The notes under the pieces are model-generated. The model was not told the DNA's origin. It saw only the letters and a program-made list of their open reading frames with translations, and searched no databases. This document shows, piece after piece, positions 8,855-16,893 of a DNA stretch of 44,331 nucleotides (position 1 is the stretch's first letter; every line of letters begins with the position of its first letter). The stretch lies in the NCBI GenBank assembly GCA_025966175.1, contig JAOPVN010000078.1:1-44331 (forward strand), in the 5' to 3' direction. A program made the position numbers and the translations under genes. The DNA is from Modestobacter sp. (GTDB lineage Bacteria; Actinomycetota; Actinomycetes; Mycobacteriales; Geodermatophilaceae).

Positions 8855-9157
8855 TCAGGTGGTGTTGCGCCGGGCGGTGCCGCGGTAGCCGAAGAACTTC
8901 TCGAAGTTGTCGTCGTTGATCGTCTGCCGCGCGTTCCGGGCGGCCGCGACCTCGACGGCCTCGAGCCGGGCCCGGGCCTTCTGCAGGTCCTCGGTCACGC
9001 CCTCGGTCTCGCCCGACCGGCTCTCCAGCTCGGCGATGGAGCGACGCAGCGCCTGCATCTCCTCCTGGAGCCGGGCACCGGCCTCCCCGAAGGTGAGCAG
9101 ATCGTGGTCGTCCTCCTCCTCGCGCTCGATCACGGGCTCGTGCTGCGGGATGCTCAT
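8855..9157 (-). CDS. Small coiled-coil hypothetical protein (100 aa)
   Basis: ATG at 9157 with GGAGG SD; EEEDDHDLLTFGEAGARL followed by heptad-like helices and NFEKFFGY. Confidence 0.8.
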   Translation of the reverse strand: MSIPQHEPVIEREEEDDHDLLTFGEAGARLQEEMQALRRSIAELESRSGETEGVTEDLQKARARLEAVEVAAARNARQTINDDNFEKFFGYRGTARRNTT

Positions 9158-9194
9158 CGGCTGCCTCCGGGGGGTCTGGTGATCCAGCGCACAG

Positions 9195-9228
9195 AGCATA
9201 TATCCTCATGTGGACGCTCCGTCAGAAA
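9195..9228. promoter_or_regulatory. Back-to-back -10 boxes plus putative operator
   Basis: TATGCT on the minus strand (9200-9195) and TATCCT on the plus strand (9201-9206), then TGGACGCTCCGTCAGAAA (9211-9228). Confidence 0.6.
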
Positions 9229-9275
9229 TGTCGCGGACGCTGCGCCTGACCCACTACAGCTCTCCGGAGGCACCG

Positions 9276-10448
9276 ATGCCGCTGCAGGATCACCACCAGA
9301 TCATCTCGGTCGACGACCACCTCATCGAACACCCGCGCGTCTGGCAGGACCGGCTTCCCGCGAAGTACCAGGAGCAGGGCCCTCGCATCGTCGAGACCGA
9401 CGGCATGCACCTGTGGCACTACGACGGACAGGTCATCCCGACGATCGGTCTCAACGCCGTCGCCGGCAAGGACCCGAAGGACTGGGGCATGGACCCGGTC
9501 CGCTACGAGGACATGATCCCGGGCTGCTACGACCCCGTGCAGCGCGTGAAGGACATGGACCTCGACGGGGTCCAGGCCGCCGCCTGCTTCCCGTCCTTCC
9601 CCGGCTTCGCGGGTGGCACGTTCTTCCGCGCCCCCGACAAGGACCTCGCCTACCTCTGCGTCCAGGCGTGGAACGACTTCTACATCGACGAGTGGTGCGC
9701 GACGGCGCCGGACCGGTACGTCCCGATGGCCCTGCTGCCGTTCTGGGACATCGACCTCACCGTCAAGGAGGCCCAGCGGGTCGCCGCCAAGGGCGCACGC
9801 ACCTTCTCCTTCCCGGACAGCCCGGTGCCCCTCGGCCTGCCCTCGTTCCACAGCAACCACTGGGACCCGCTGTGGCAGGTCGCCTCCGACGCGAACATCC
9901 CGATCTCGCTGCACTTCGGCTCCGGGTCGTTCATGCCCGGCTTCTCCTTCTCGGCCATGAAGCCGATCGCCGGCCAGATGGCGGCCCTGGACGCCCCGAT
10001 GGCGGTCCCGACCGTGCTGTTCTCCAGCAACCTCATGTGGAGCACCGTCGACCTGCTGTTCTCCCGGACCCTGCTGCGGTTCCCGAAGCTGCAGTTCTCG
10101 CTCGCCGAGGGCGGCATCGGGTGGATCCCCTACATCCTGGAGCGGTCGGACTACACCTGGGAGCGGCACCGCTGGTACCAGGACATCGACATGGACGCGC
10201 GGCCCAGTGACCTCTTCAAGCAGCACTTCTGGGGCTGCTTCATCGAGGACCAGCACGGGCTGGCCAACCGGGAGGCGATCGGCATCGACCGGATCATGAT
10301 CGAGGTCGACTTCCCGCACTCGGACTCCAACTGGCCCAACAGCCGCAAGCGCGCCGCCGAGTCGCTGGCCCACATCCCCGACGACGAGGTCGAGAAGATC
10401 GTGGAGACCAACGCCCGGCGGATGCTGAACTTCCCGCGCACCAACTGA
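9276..10448 (+). CDS. Amidohydrolase family protein (Amidohydro_2)
   Basis: ATG at 9276 after GGAGG. SVDDH, AWND, SLHFG, AEGGIGW, DFPHSD. Confidence 0.93.
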   Translation: MPLQDHHQIISVDDHLIEHPRVWQDRLPAKYQEQGPRIVETDGMHLWHYDGQVIPTIGLNAVAGKDPKDWGMDPVRYEDMIPGCYDPVQRVKDMDLDGVQAAACFPSFPGFAGGTFFRAPDKDLAYLCVQAWNDFYIDEWCATAPDRYVPMALLPFWDIDLTVKEAQRVAAKGARTFSFPDSPVPLGLPSFHSNHWDPLWQVASDANIPISLHFGSGSFMPGFSFSAMKPIAGQMAALDAPMAVPTVLFSSNLMWSTVDLLFSRTLLRFPKLQFSLAEGGIGWIPYILERSDYTWERHRWYQDIDMDARPSDLFKQHFWGCFIEDQHGLANREAIGIDRIMIEVDFPHSDSNWPNSRKRAAESLAHIPDDEVEKIVETNARRMLNFPRTN

Positions 10449-11074
10449 TGTACCGACGCAGTGCCGCAGGGCTCACCGGCGAGCACCTCCCGGACGGCGC
10501 CGGTGCGGACGGGCCGACCAGATCCCAGTACGGGCAGATGGTCGATCGCTTCCGGGCCCTGCAGCACAGCGTCGCGGGGGCGGCGGGGATGCCGAGCGAG
10601 GTGGTCGCGGAACTGACCGCCGAGTTCGAGCGCATCTCCGCCGCCCTGGATCAGTGGCAGGTCCCCGAGCGGGAGCGGTGGGCCGGTCGCTGGTTCGGCC
10701 TCCCCGGCCGGGGACACCCCCTGCTGGTGCCGGTCACGGTCGACGAGGCCACCCCGACGATCGTGCGCGGCCGGATCCGGCTGGGCACCCTGCACCTCGG
10801 CGGCGGTGGCGCCGCCCACGGCGGCGTCCTGCCACTGATGTTCGACGACCTGCTCGGGATCCTCTCCAGCGAGGGGCGCGCCCCCGCCCGCACCGCCTTC
10901 CTGACGGTCAACTACCGGCGGATCACCCCCGTCGGCGTCGAGCTGCGCGTCGAGGCCACCCTCGACCGGGTCGAGGGCCGCAAGCGCTGGATGACCGGCC
11001 GGCTGTACCACGGGGACGACGTCGTGGCCGATGCCGTCGCCCTCTTCATCGAGCTGCTGCCAGGGCAGCCCTGA
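10448..11074 (+). CDS. PaaI-family hot-dog thioesterase
   Basis: AHGGVLPLMFDDLLG, TAFLTVNYR, GRK. TGATG overlap with the upstream gene. Confidence 0.88.
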   Translation: MYRRSAAGLTGEHLPDGAGADGPTRSQYGQMVDRFRALQHSVAGAAGMPSEVVAELTAEFERISAALDQWQVPERERWAGRWFGLPGRGHPLLVPVTVDEATPTIVRGRIRLGTLHLGGGGAAHGGVLPLMFDDLLGILSSEGRAPARTAFLTVNYRRITPVGVELRVEATLDRVEGRKRWMTGRLYHGDDVVADAVALFIELLPGQP

Positions 11075-11096
11075 CCTGAACGGACACAGTGCACCA

Positions 11097-12743
11097 GTGG
11101 ACCTGACGACCGATGTCGCGATCGTGGGGGCGGGCCCGTGCGGCGCGACCCTGGCCAACCTCCTCGGCGGCTATGGAGTGCGGACCGTCCTCCTCGACCA
11201 GGAGGAGGACATCTATCCCCACCCGCGCGCCGTGGCGGTCGACGACGAGTCGTTGCGCACCTTCCAGACGGCGGGACTGACCGCCGAGCTGATGCCCGAC
11301 GTCATCCAGAACGCGCCGATCCGCTACTACAGCTCCAGCGGACGGCGGCTGGCCCACGTCCGGCCCAGCGGCCAGCCCTACGGCTGGCCCCGCCGCAACC
11401 TCTTCTACCAACCCCTGGCGGAGGCGGTGCTGCGGCGCGGGCTGGACCGGTTCGACCACGTCCAGCTGCTGACCGGCACGACGGTCACCGGCCTCCAGCA
11501 GGGCCCCGACGGCGTCGAGCTGACGGCCACCACGGCCGGCGGGACGGGCGACCCGACGCGGGTGCACGCCCGCTACGTCGTGGGTGCTGACGGCGGCCGC
11601 AGCTTCGTCCGCGGCGCGGTGGGCATCGAGCTCACCGGCAGCACCGCACCCACCCGCTGGCTGGTCGTCGACGTCGAGAACGACACCTGGGACGCCCCGT
11701 TCTCGGCGGTCTACTGCGACCCCGACCGGCCCGCCATGACCATCCCGCTCCCCTACGGGCGGCGGCGCTTCGAGTTCAAGCTCCTCCCCGCGGAGGACGA
11801 GGACGCGGTCGTCGCCGACGACGTGGTCAACGGCCTGCTCGGCAAGTACTACCGCGGTCTGCCGCTGCCCACGATCCTGCGGCGCCGGGTCTACTGGCAC
11901 CACTCCCGGATCGCCTCGACGTTCCAGGCCGGCGCGGTCTTCCTCGCCGGGGACGCCGCCCATCTGCAGCCGCCGTTCTTCGGGCAGGGCATGAACTCAG
12001 GCATCCGGGACGCGACGAACCTGGGCTGGAAGCTGGCGGCGGTCACCGCCGGCCACGCCGACCCTGAGCTGCTGACCAGCTACGACGCCGAGCGCCGGGA
12101 GACCGCCGAGGCGATGGTCTCCTTCGCCACCCGGGTCGGGAACATGTACCAGCCACGTAGCCGGGCGACCGAGATGGTGCGCGACGTCTTCTTCCGGGGT
12201 GTCCAGCACATCCCCGGTGCCCGCGAGTACATCCTGCAGATGAAGTACAAGCCGGCGCCGCGGTACACCGAGGGCATCGTGGTGCACCCGGCCCAGAAGG
12301 ACGCCTCCTCCCTGGTCGGCCGGGCCTTCCCGCAGCCCTCGGTGGAGACCGCCGACCGGGCCCGGGTCAAGCTCGACGACGCGGTCGGCGGGTCGTTCGC
12401 GGTCCTCGGCCTCACCGGCGACCCCCTCGCCGTGCTGCCCCCCGAGAGCCAGAAGTACTGGGACGAACTGGGCGCCCGGTTCATCCGGGTGAGCCCGTCG
12501 CGGACCGGCCTGCGGACACCCACCGACGGCGCGGCCGCCGAGGTCTCCGGGGCGGCCACGGTCGTGTACGACATCGACGGGGCCTTCCGCGACCACCTGC
12601 TGGAGCGTCCCGGGGACGAGGTGGTCATCCTGCGTCCGGACCGCTACGTGGCCGCGACCTGCCGTACCGCGGACCTGGAGCGGGTCACCCGGGAACTGCG
12701 CGCGCTGATCAGCGGCCAGCCGGTCGCGGCAGCCGCCGGCTGA
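11097..12743 (+). CDS. FAD-dependent aromatic hydroxylase (MhpA/PheA-like)
   Basis: GAGPCG, VGADGGRS, LAGDAAHLQPPFFGQGMNSGIRDA, C-terminal ILRPDRYV. Start GTG at 11097 is inferred. Confidence 0.9.
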   Translation: MDLTTDVAIVGAGPCGATLANLLGGYGVRTVLLDQEEDIYPHPRAVAVDDESLRTFQTAGLTAELMPDVIQNAPIRYYSSSGRRLAHVRPSGQPYGWPRRNLFYQPLAEAVLRRGLDRFDHVQLLTGTTVTGLQQGPDGVELTATTAGGTGDPTRVHARYVVGADGGRSFVRGAVGIELTGSTAPTRWLVVDVENDTWDAPFSAVYCDPDRPAMTIPLPYGRRRFEFKLLPAEDEDAVVADDVVNGLLGKYYRGLPLPTILRRRVYWHHSRIASTFQAGAVFLAGDAAHLQPPFFGQGMNSGIRDATNLGWKLAAVTAGHADPELLTSYDAERRETAEAMVSFATRVGNMYQPRSRATEMVRDVFFRGVQHIPGAREYILQMKYKPAPRYTEGIVVHPAQKDASSLVGRAFPQPSVETADRARVKLDDAVGGSFAVLGLTGDPLAVLPPESQKYWDELGARFIRVSPSRTGLRTPTDGAAAEVSGAATVVYDIDGAFRDHLLERPGDEVVILRPDRYVAATCRTADLERVTRELRALISGQPVAAAAG

Positions 12744-12759
12744 CCGAGCGGCGGAACGA

Positions 12760-12794
12760 CACCGGGCGGGCAGTTCTCGACTGCCCGCCCGGTG
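12760..12794. terminator. Stem-loop between convergent genes
   Basis: 15-bp arms CACCGGGCGGGCAGT / ACTGCCCGCCCGGTG. Confidence 0.72.
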
Positions 12795-12830
12795 CTGTTC
12801 GCAGCGGGACCCAGCGGCGCGGGAACGGTC

Positions 12831-14159
12831 TCAGCGGGGGGTGAGCAGTCCGCGCTCGAGCACCTGCGCCATCAGCTCCACCATGTGCGGCGTGCGGGCG
12901 CGCTTGGCCCGCGGCCGGTAGGTCTCCGGGAGCCGCTCGAGCAGCGCGACCTGGAAGACCTCGGCCACCCGCAGGTCCAGCGGCTGGGAACGGGGCACCC
13001 GGTCCAGCGCGGCGTAGAGCGCCCGGCGCATGGCCGCCAGCACCACAGCCCGGTCGCGCTCGAGCGCGGGATGGCTCGGCGTGCGCTCGAGCCACACCCG
13101 GATCACCCCCACGTAGCGGGCGTGGAAGTCGACGTAGGCGGCCAGCCAGGCCCGCAGCGGCTCGCCGTCCCCGGGCCCGATGCCCTCGAAGGAGTGCGCG
13201 ATCTCGAGCGCCTCGCCGCGGCACTGGTCGGACAACGCCACGAGCAGGTCGAGCTTCTCGTCGAAGTACTTGTAGAAGGTGCCCCGGGCGAAGCCGGCGA
13301 CACCGACGATGTCGTCGACGTTGGCCCGCTGGTACCCGCGCTCGGCGAACACCTGGCCGCCGGCCTCCATCAGCTCCCGGACGGTCGCGGCACCGCGGCT
13401 GGTCAGGTGGGCGAACCGGTCGTGCGGCTCGCCGGACGCCGGCAGAGCGGGGACGACGGTCACGCCGTGCGTGCGCGGGTGCAGCCACTCCGGCTGCACG
13501 CCGGGGGCATCCCGGGTGACCTCGACCGGGGTGGAGGGGAACAGCACCGACTGGAGGATCACCGCGAGGTGGTACAGCGGCTCCTCGAGCTCGGCGGTCG
13601 GTGTGCTGGTGACGTGCCGCAGGTAGTTGAACCGGTTGACGACGCTGGTGAGCACGACCGCCGCGTCGGGCGCGGACAGGCCCTCCAGGTCGGCCTGCTT
13701 GAGCCGGCGGGCGACGCGCGCGTCGAAGGACTCCACGAAGCCCGCGACCAGGGGGCGGATCGCGGTCCCCGAGGAGTCGACGTTGGCCCACTGGACGAAC
13801 ATCGTCGAGTACTTGTCGTAGATCTGCGCCCAGGCCAGCAGCCAGCTGCGCAGGTTGCCGAAGCCCTCGAGGGTGGGCCCCAGCGGACCCAGCTGCCGGA
13901 CGACGTCGACCAGGGCGCCACCGCACTCGTCGAGCAGCTGGACGAAGATCTCTTCCTTGCTCTCGAAGTACTGGTAGAACGTCGCCCGGGACATCTCGGC
14001 CGCGGCGGAGATGTCGTGCACGGAGGTGCCGTGGAAGCCCTGGGTGGCGAACAGCGTCAGCGCCTCGCTGATGATCCGCTCACGCGTCCGGGCTCCGCGC
14101 TCGCCCACCACGGGGCTGGTCGGCCCGTAACTGCTGCGACGCAGGACCCCTTCTGACAT
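12831..14159 (-). CDS. Tandem (double) TetR/AcrR-family transcriptional regulator
   Basis: Two TetR HTH units: LFATQGFHGTSVHDISAAAEMSRATFYQYFESK and VFAERGYQRANVDDIVGVAGFARGTFYKYFDEK. Confidence 0.93.
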   Translation of the reverse strand: MSEGVLRRSSYGPTSPVVGERGARTRERIISEALTLFATQGFHGTSVHDISAAAEMSRATFYQYFESKEEIFVQLLDECGGALVDVVRQLGPLGPTLEGFGNLRSWLLAWAQIYDKYSTMFVQWANVDSSGTAIRPLVAGFVESFDARVARRLKQADLEGLSAPDAAVVLTSVVNRFNYLRHVTSTPTAELEEPLYHLAVILQSVLFPSTPVEVTRDAPGVQPEWLHPRTHGVTVVPALPASGEPHDRFAHLTSRGAATVRELMEAGGQVFAERGYQRANVDDIVGVAGFARGTFYKYFDEKLDLLVALSDQCRGEALEIAHSFEGIGPGDGEPLRAWLAAYVDFHARYVGVIRVWLERTPSHPALERDRAVVLAAMRRALYAALDRVPRSQPLDLRVAEVFQVALLERLPETYRPRAKRARTPHMVELMAQVLERGLLTPR

Positions 14160-14221
14160 GGAACAAGCGTAGTTGAATCCTGCGCTGCTTCGGGCCGACA
14201 AGGGGATGAACTGTCAGAAAT
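14151..14221. promoter_or_regulatory. TetR promoter: -10 box (probably leaderless mRNA) and putative operator sites
   Basis: Minus strand TACGCT-N6-ATG. ATGTCAGAA half-site over the start codon; GGGATGAACTGTCAGAAA at 14203-14220. Confidence 0.55.
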
Positions 14222-14260
14222 GACCCCGTGGGCCTGTCCACGACCGGCGCGGGACCTGGA

Positions 14261-14301
14261 CGTGGCCGGCGGGGGGCCACTCGCCACCCCCGCCGGCCAC
14301 G
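14261..14301 (-). terminator. Stem-loop after the MaoC operon
   Basis: 15-bp arms CGTGGCCGGCGGGGG / CCCCCGCCGGCCACG. Confidence 0.65.
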
Positions 14302-14314
14302 GGCTCTGCCGGAC

Positions 14315-14731
14315 TCAGCCGACCAGGAAGTCCGCCGACCCGCTGATCGCGACCGAGCCGTCCTGGCGCGTGCAGGTCAGGTCGACGGTGGCCAGCCGGC
14401 CCTCCGCGCTCTCCTGGATCGCGGCCACCACACCCGAGCAGGTGAGCACGTCACCGGGCCACACCTGCTCGCGGAACCGGACGTGGAAGCGCCGGACGTT
14501 CTCGGCACCCAGCCAGTCGGTGGCGAAGGTGGCCAGCAACGCGGCCTGGTGCATCCCCTGGGAGAAGACCGACGGGTACCCCGCCTTGCGGGCGAAGACG
14601 TCGTCGTAGTGCATCGGGTTGAGGTCCCCCGACGCACCCGAGTACCGCACGAACATCTGGGTGGTCAGCGGCCCGAACGCCCGCTCCGGGCCGGCCGAAC
14701 CGACCTCCACCCCGGTCACCGGCGCGCTCAC
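14315..14731 (-). CDS. MaoC-family (R)-specific enoyl-CoA hydratase, catalytic subunit
   Basis: YSGASGDLNPMH hydratase-2 motif; GTGA overlap with the upstream gene. Confidence 0.92.
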   Translation of the reverse strand: MSAPVTGVEVGSAGPERAFGPLTTQMFVRYSGASGDLNPMHYDDVFARKAGYPSVFSQGMHQAALLATFATDWLGAENVRRFHVRFREQVWPGDVLTCSGVVAAIQESAEGRLATVDLTCTRQDGSVAISGSADFLVG

Positions 14732-15162
14732 GAGGGCTGCTCCGTCGGCTTGGCCCGCTCGATCAGCGTCGACCGGGCCTCGGCCACGAGCGTCCCGTCG
14801 TCGTCGCGGAACTCGGTGAGCACGACCGCCAGCCGCATCAGCCCGCCGCGGCGGCCGCTCTTCTCCGACCGGTCGACGATCCGCTCCGTGGCCCACAGCC
14901 GCTGCCCGGCGCGGGGCGGGGGGCCGTGGAAGACGAACTCCTGCTCGCCGTGCAGCAGCCTGGCCCGCTCGAACCCCGTGTCGGCCCGTGCTCCGGCCGG
15001 CGCCCACCGGGCCGCCGTGGTCAGGAAGGTCGGCGGGATGACCGCGGACTCCCCCTCGTAGGCCGGCGACTCCGACTGCATCGCCGTGGCGAACTCGCGG
15101 ATCTTGCCCCGCTCGATCAGCACTTCGTACGCCGGACCGGCCTCGCTCCCACCGGTGGTCAT
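14728..15162 (-). CDS. MaoC dehydratase N-terminal-type (HadA-like) partner subunit
   Basis: IERGKIREFA, PPTF, LLHGEQEF; lacks the D-x4-H dyad. Confidence 0.88.
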   Translation of the reverse strand: MTTGGSEAGPAYEVLIERGKIREFATAMQSESPAYEGESAVIPPTFLTTAARWAPAGARADTGFERARLLHGEQEFVFHGPPPRAGQRLWATERIVDRSEKSGRRGGLMRLAVVLTEFRDDDGTLVAEARSTLIERAKPTEQPS

Positions 15163-15165
15163 CGC

Positions 15166-16353
15166 TCAGCCCTCCCGTCGCAGCAGCATGCAGCCGGCCT
15201 CGGGCCCGCCGCCGACGCCCACGGCGGCGACCTCGACGTCCTTGGTGATCTGCCGCTCGCCGGCGTCGCCCCACAGCTGGACACACGCCTCGTGCACGAA
15301 GCCGTACCCGTGCAGGCGCCCGCCGGAGAGCTGGCCGCCGTGGGTGTTGATCGGGAAGTCGCCGTCCTTGGAGAACCGGTCGAGGTCCTCCATGAACACC
15401 CCCGCCTTGCCGTGCTCCGCGAAGCCGAACGCGTCGATCCACTGCAGCGTGAGGTAGGTGAACCCGTCGTAGAGCGTCGCGAAGTCCACGTCCGCAGCGG
15501 TCAGCGACGTGCCCGCCCACATGGCCCGGGCCACGTCGTGCGCGGCCATGGTGGTCAGGTCGTTGCGCTGGTCCCAGGAGTGCCGCTCGTACATGGCACT
15601 GCCCGCGGACTCGATGGTCAGCGGCGGCCGGCGCAGCCCCGCGGTCGCCTCACGCCGGGAGATGATGATCGCGGTGGCACCGTCGGCGGGGATGTCGCAG
15701 TCGAACAGCCCGAAGGGCCAGGAGATCATCCGCGCCCCCAGGTAGTCCTCCATCGTCATCGGGGCGGTGAAGATGGCGTTGGGGTTCAGCGCCGCGTTGC
15801 GCCTGGCGTTGATGGCCACGTTGCCCATCTGCTCCCGGGTGAGCCCGTGCTCGTGCATGTAGCGCTGGGCGTACATGCCGATCCAGTTCGCCGCGGAGGC
15901 CGCACCGAAGGGCAGCCGCCAAGCGGTGTGCCCGCTCGCCCGGGTCATGTGGCCGGTGATCGCCTTCGCGCGGCCCATGGCCGCCTGCGCCGTCGACTCC
16001 CAGACCGAGCGGAACGCCAGCACGTGCGTGGCCCGCCCGCTGGCCACCATGGCGCAGGCGTCCAGCAGGGTGCCGATCTGCCCGGCGGTCTCGACGCCGC
16101 TGGTGTACCAGCTGGACTTGAGCCCCAGGGCGTTGCGGATGTCGTGCGTGGTCGCACCGACGAAGCCGCCCTCGGCGCCCACCGGGCCGGGGTAACTGGC
16201 CACACCGTCGATGTCGTCGGGGGTCAGGCCCGCATCGGCGATCGCGTTGAGCGCGGCCTCGACCCCCAGGTCCCAGCCGGACCGGCCGAGCTTGCGCCCG
16301 ATCGCCGACTGCCCGACACCACTGATGACCGCACGGTTCTCGACGAAGGTCAT
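15166..16353 (-). CDS. Thiolase-superfamily protein (SCPx/Ltp2-type, no nucleophilic Cys)
   Basis: ISGVGQS, DCDIPADGA, LYDGFT, INTHGGQLSGGRLHG. ATGA overlap with the DUF35 gene. Confidence 0.92.
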   Translation of the reverse strand: MTFVENRAVISGVGQSAIGRKLGRSGWDLGVEAALNAIADAGLTPDDIDGVASYPGPVGAEGGFVGATTHDIRNALGLKSSWYTSGVETAGQIGTLLDACAMVASGRATHVLAFRSVWESTAQAAMGRAKAITGHMTRASGHTAWRLPFGAASAANWIGMYAQRYMHEHGLTREQMGNVAINARRNAALNPNAIFTAPMTMEDYLGARMISWPFGLFDCDIPADGATAIIISRREATAGLRRPPLTIESAGSAMYERHSWDQRNDLTTMAAHDVARAMWAGTSLTAADVDFATLYDGFTYLTLQWIDAFGFAEHGKAGVFMEDLDRFSKDGDFPINTHGGQLSGGRLHGYGFVHEACVQLWGDAGERQITKDVEVAAVGVGGGPEAGCMLLRREG

Positions 16354-16766
16354 GCCGCCACCGGCCGGAAGAGCGGGAGCCACACGTCGTCGCGGTGCTC
16401 GAAGACGACCTCGACGGGCATGCCCACCACGACGTCCTCGATGGCGCAGTCGACGAGGTTCGTGGTCAGCCGGACGCCGGGCTCGTCGTCCAGCTCCACG
16501 ATCGCCACCACGTAGGGCGGCGGGAAGCCGTCGAACCACGGGTGCTGGTTGACCGTGTACGCGGCCACGGTCGCCCGGCCGGAGGCGACCTCGGGGCCGA
16601 CCTCCCGGCTGCGGCAGCGGAAGCACGCCGGCGTCGGCGGGTGGAACCAGTGGCGGCACGAACGGCATCGGTAGATGCGCAGCTCGCCGGTCTCGCCCCC
16701 GGTCCAGAAGGCCTCGGTCTCGGGGGTCACCTCCGGCAGCAGCCGGAAGGCAGGCGGGGACGTCAT
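16350..16766 (-). CDS. DUF35 Zn-ribbon/OB-fold protein
   Basis: FW...CRSC...PP...CFRC, SGRATV, PYVVAIVELD, GMPVEVVF. Confidence 0.93.
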   Translation of the reverse strand: MTSPPAFRLLPEVTPETEAFWTGGETGELRIYRCRSCRHWFHPPTPACFRCRSREVGPEVASGRATVAAYTVNQHPWFDGFPPPYVVAIVELDDEPGVRLTTNLVDCAIEDVVVGMPVEVVFEHRDDVWLPLFRPVAA

Positions 16767-16828
16767 GACTGCTCCCTTGCAGTAGCACTCCGGGTGACCG
16801 CGGCCCACCCCCGGCCAGGAAACCGGTG

Positions 16829-16855
16829 GTGACGGCGTGTCAGAAACGGACCCTA
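16829..16855. promoter_or_regulatory. Putative operator plus -10 box
   Basis: GTGACGGCGTGTCAGAAA (16829-16846); minus-strand TAGGGT at 16855-16850. Confidence 0.6.
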
Positions 16856-16893
16856 GCAGCCCCCTTCAGCCGCTCGGGGTGGCCTGTCGCAGC

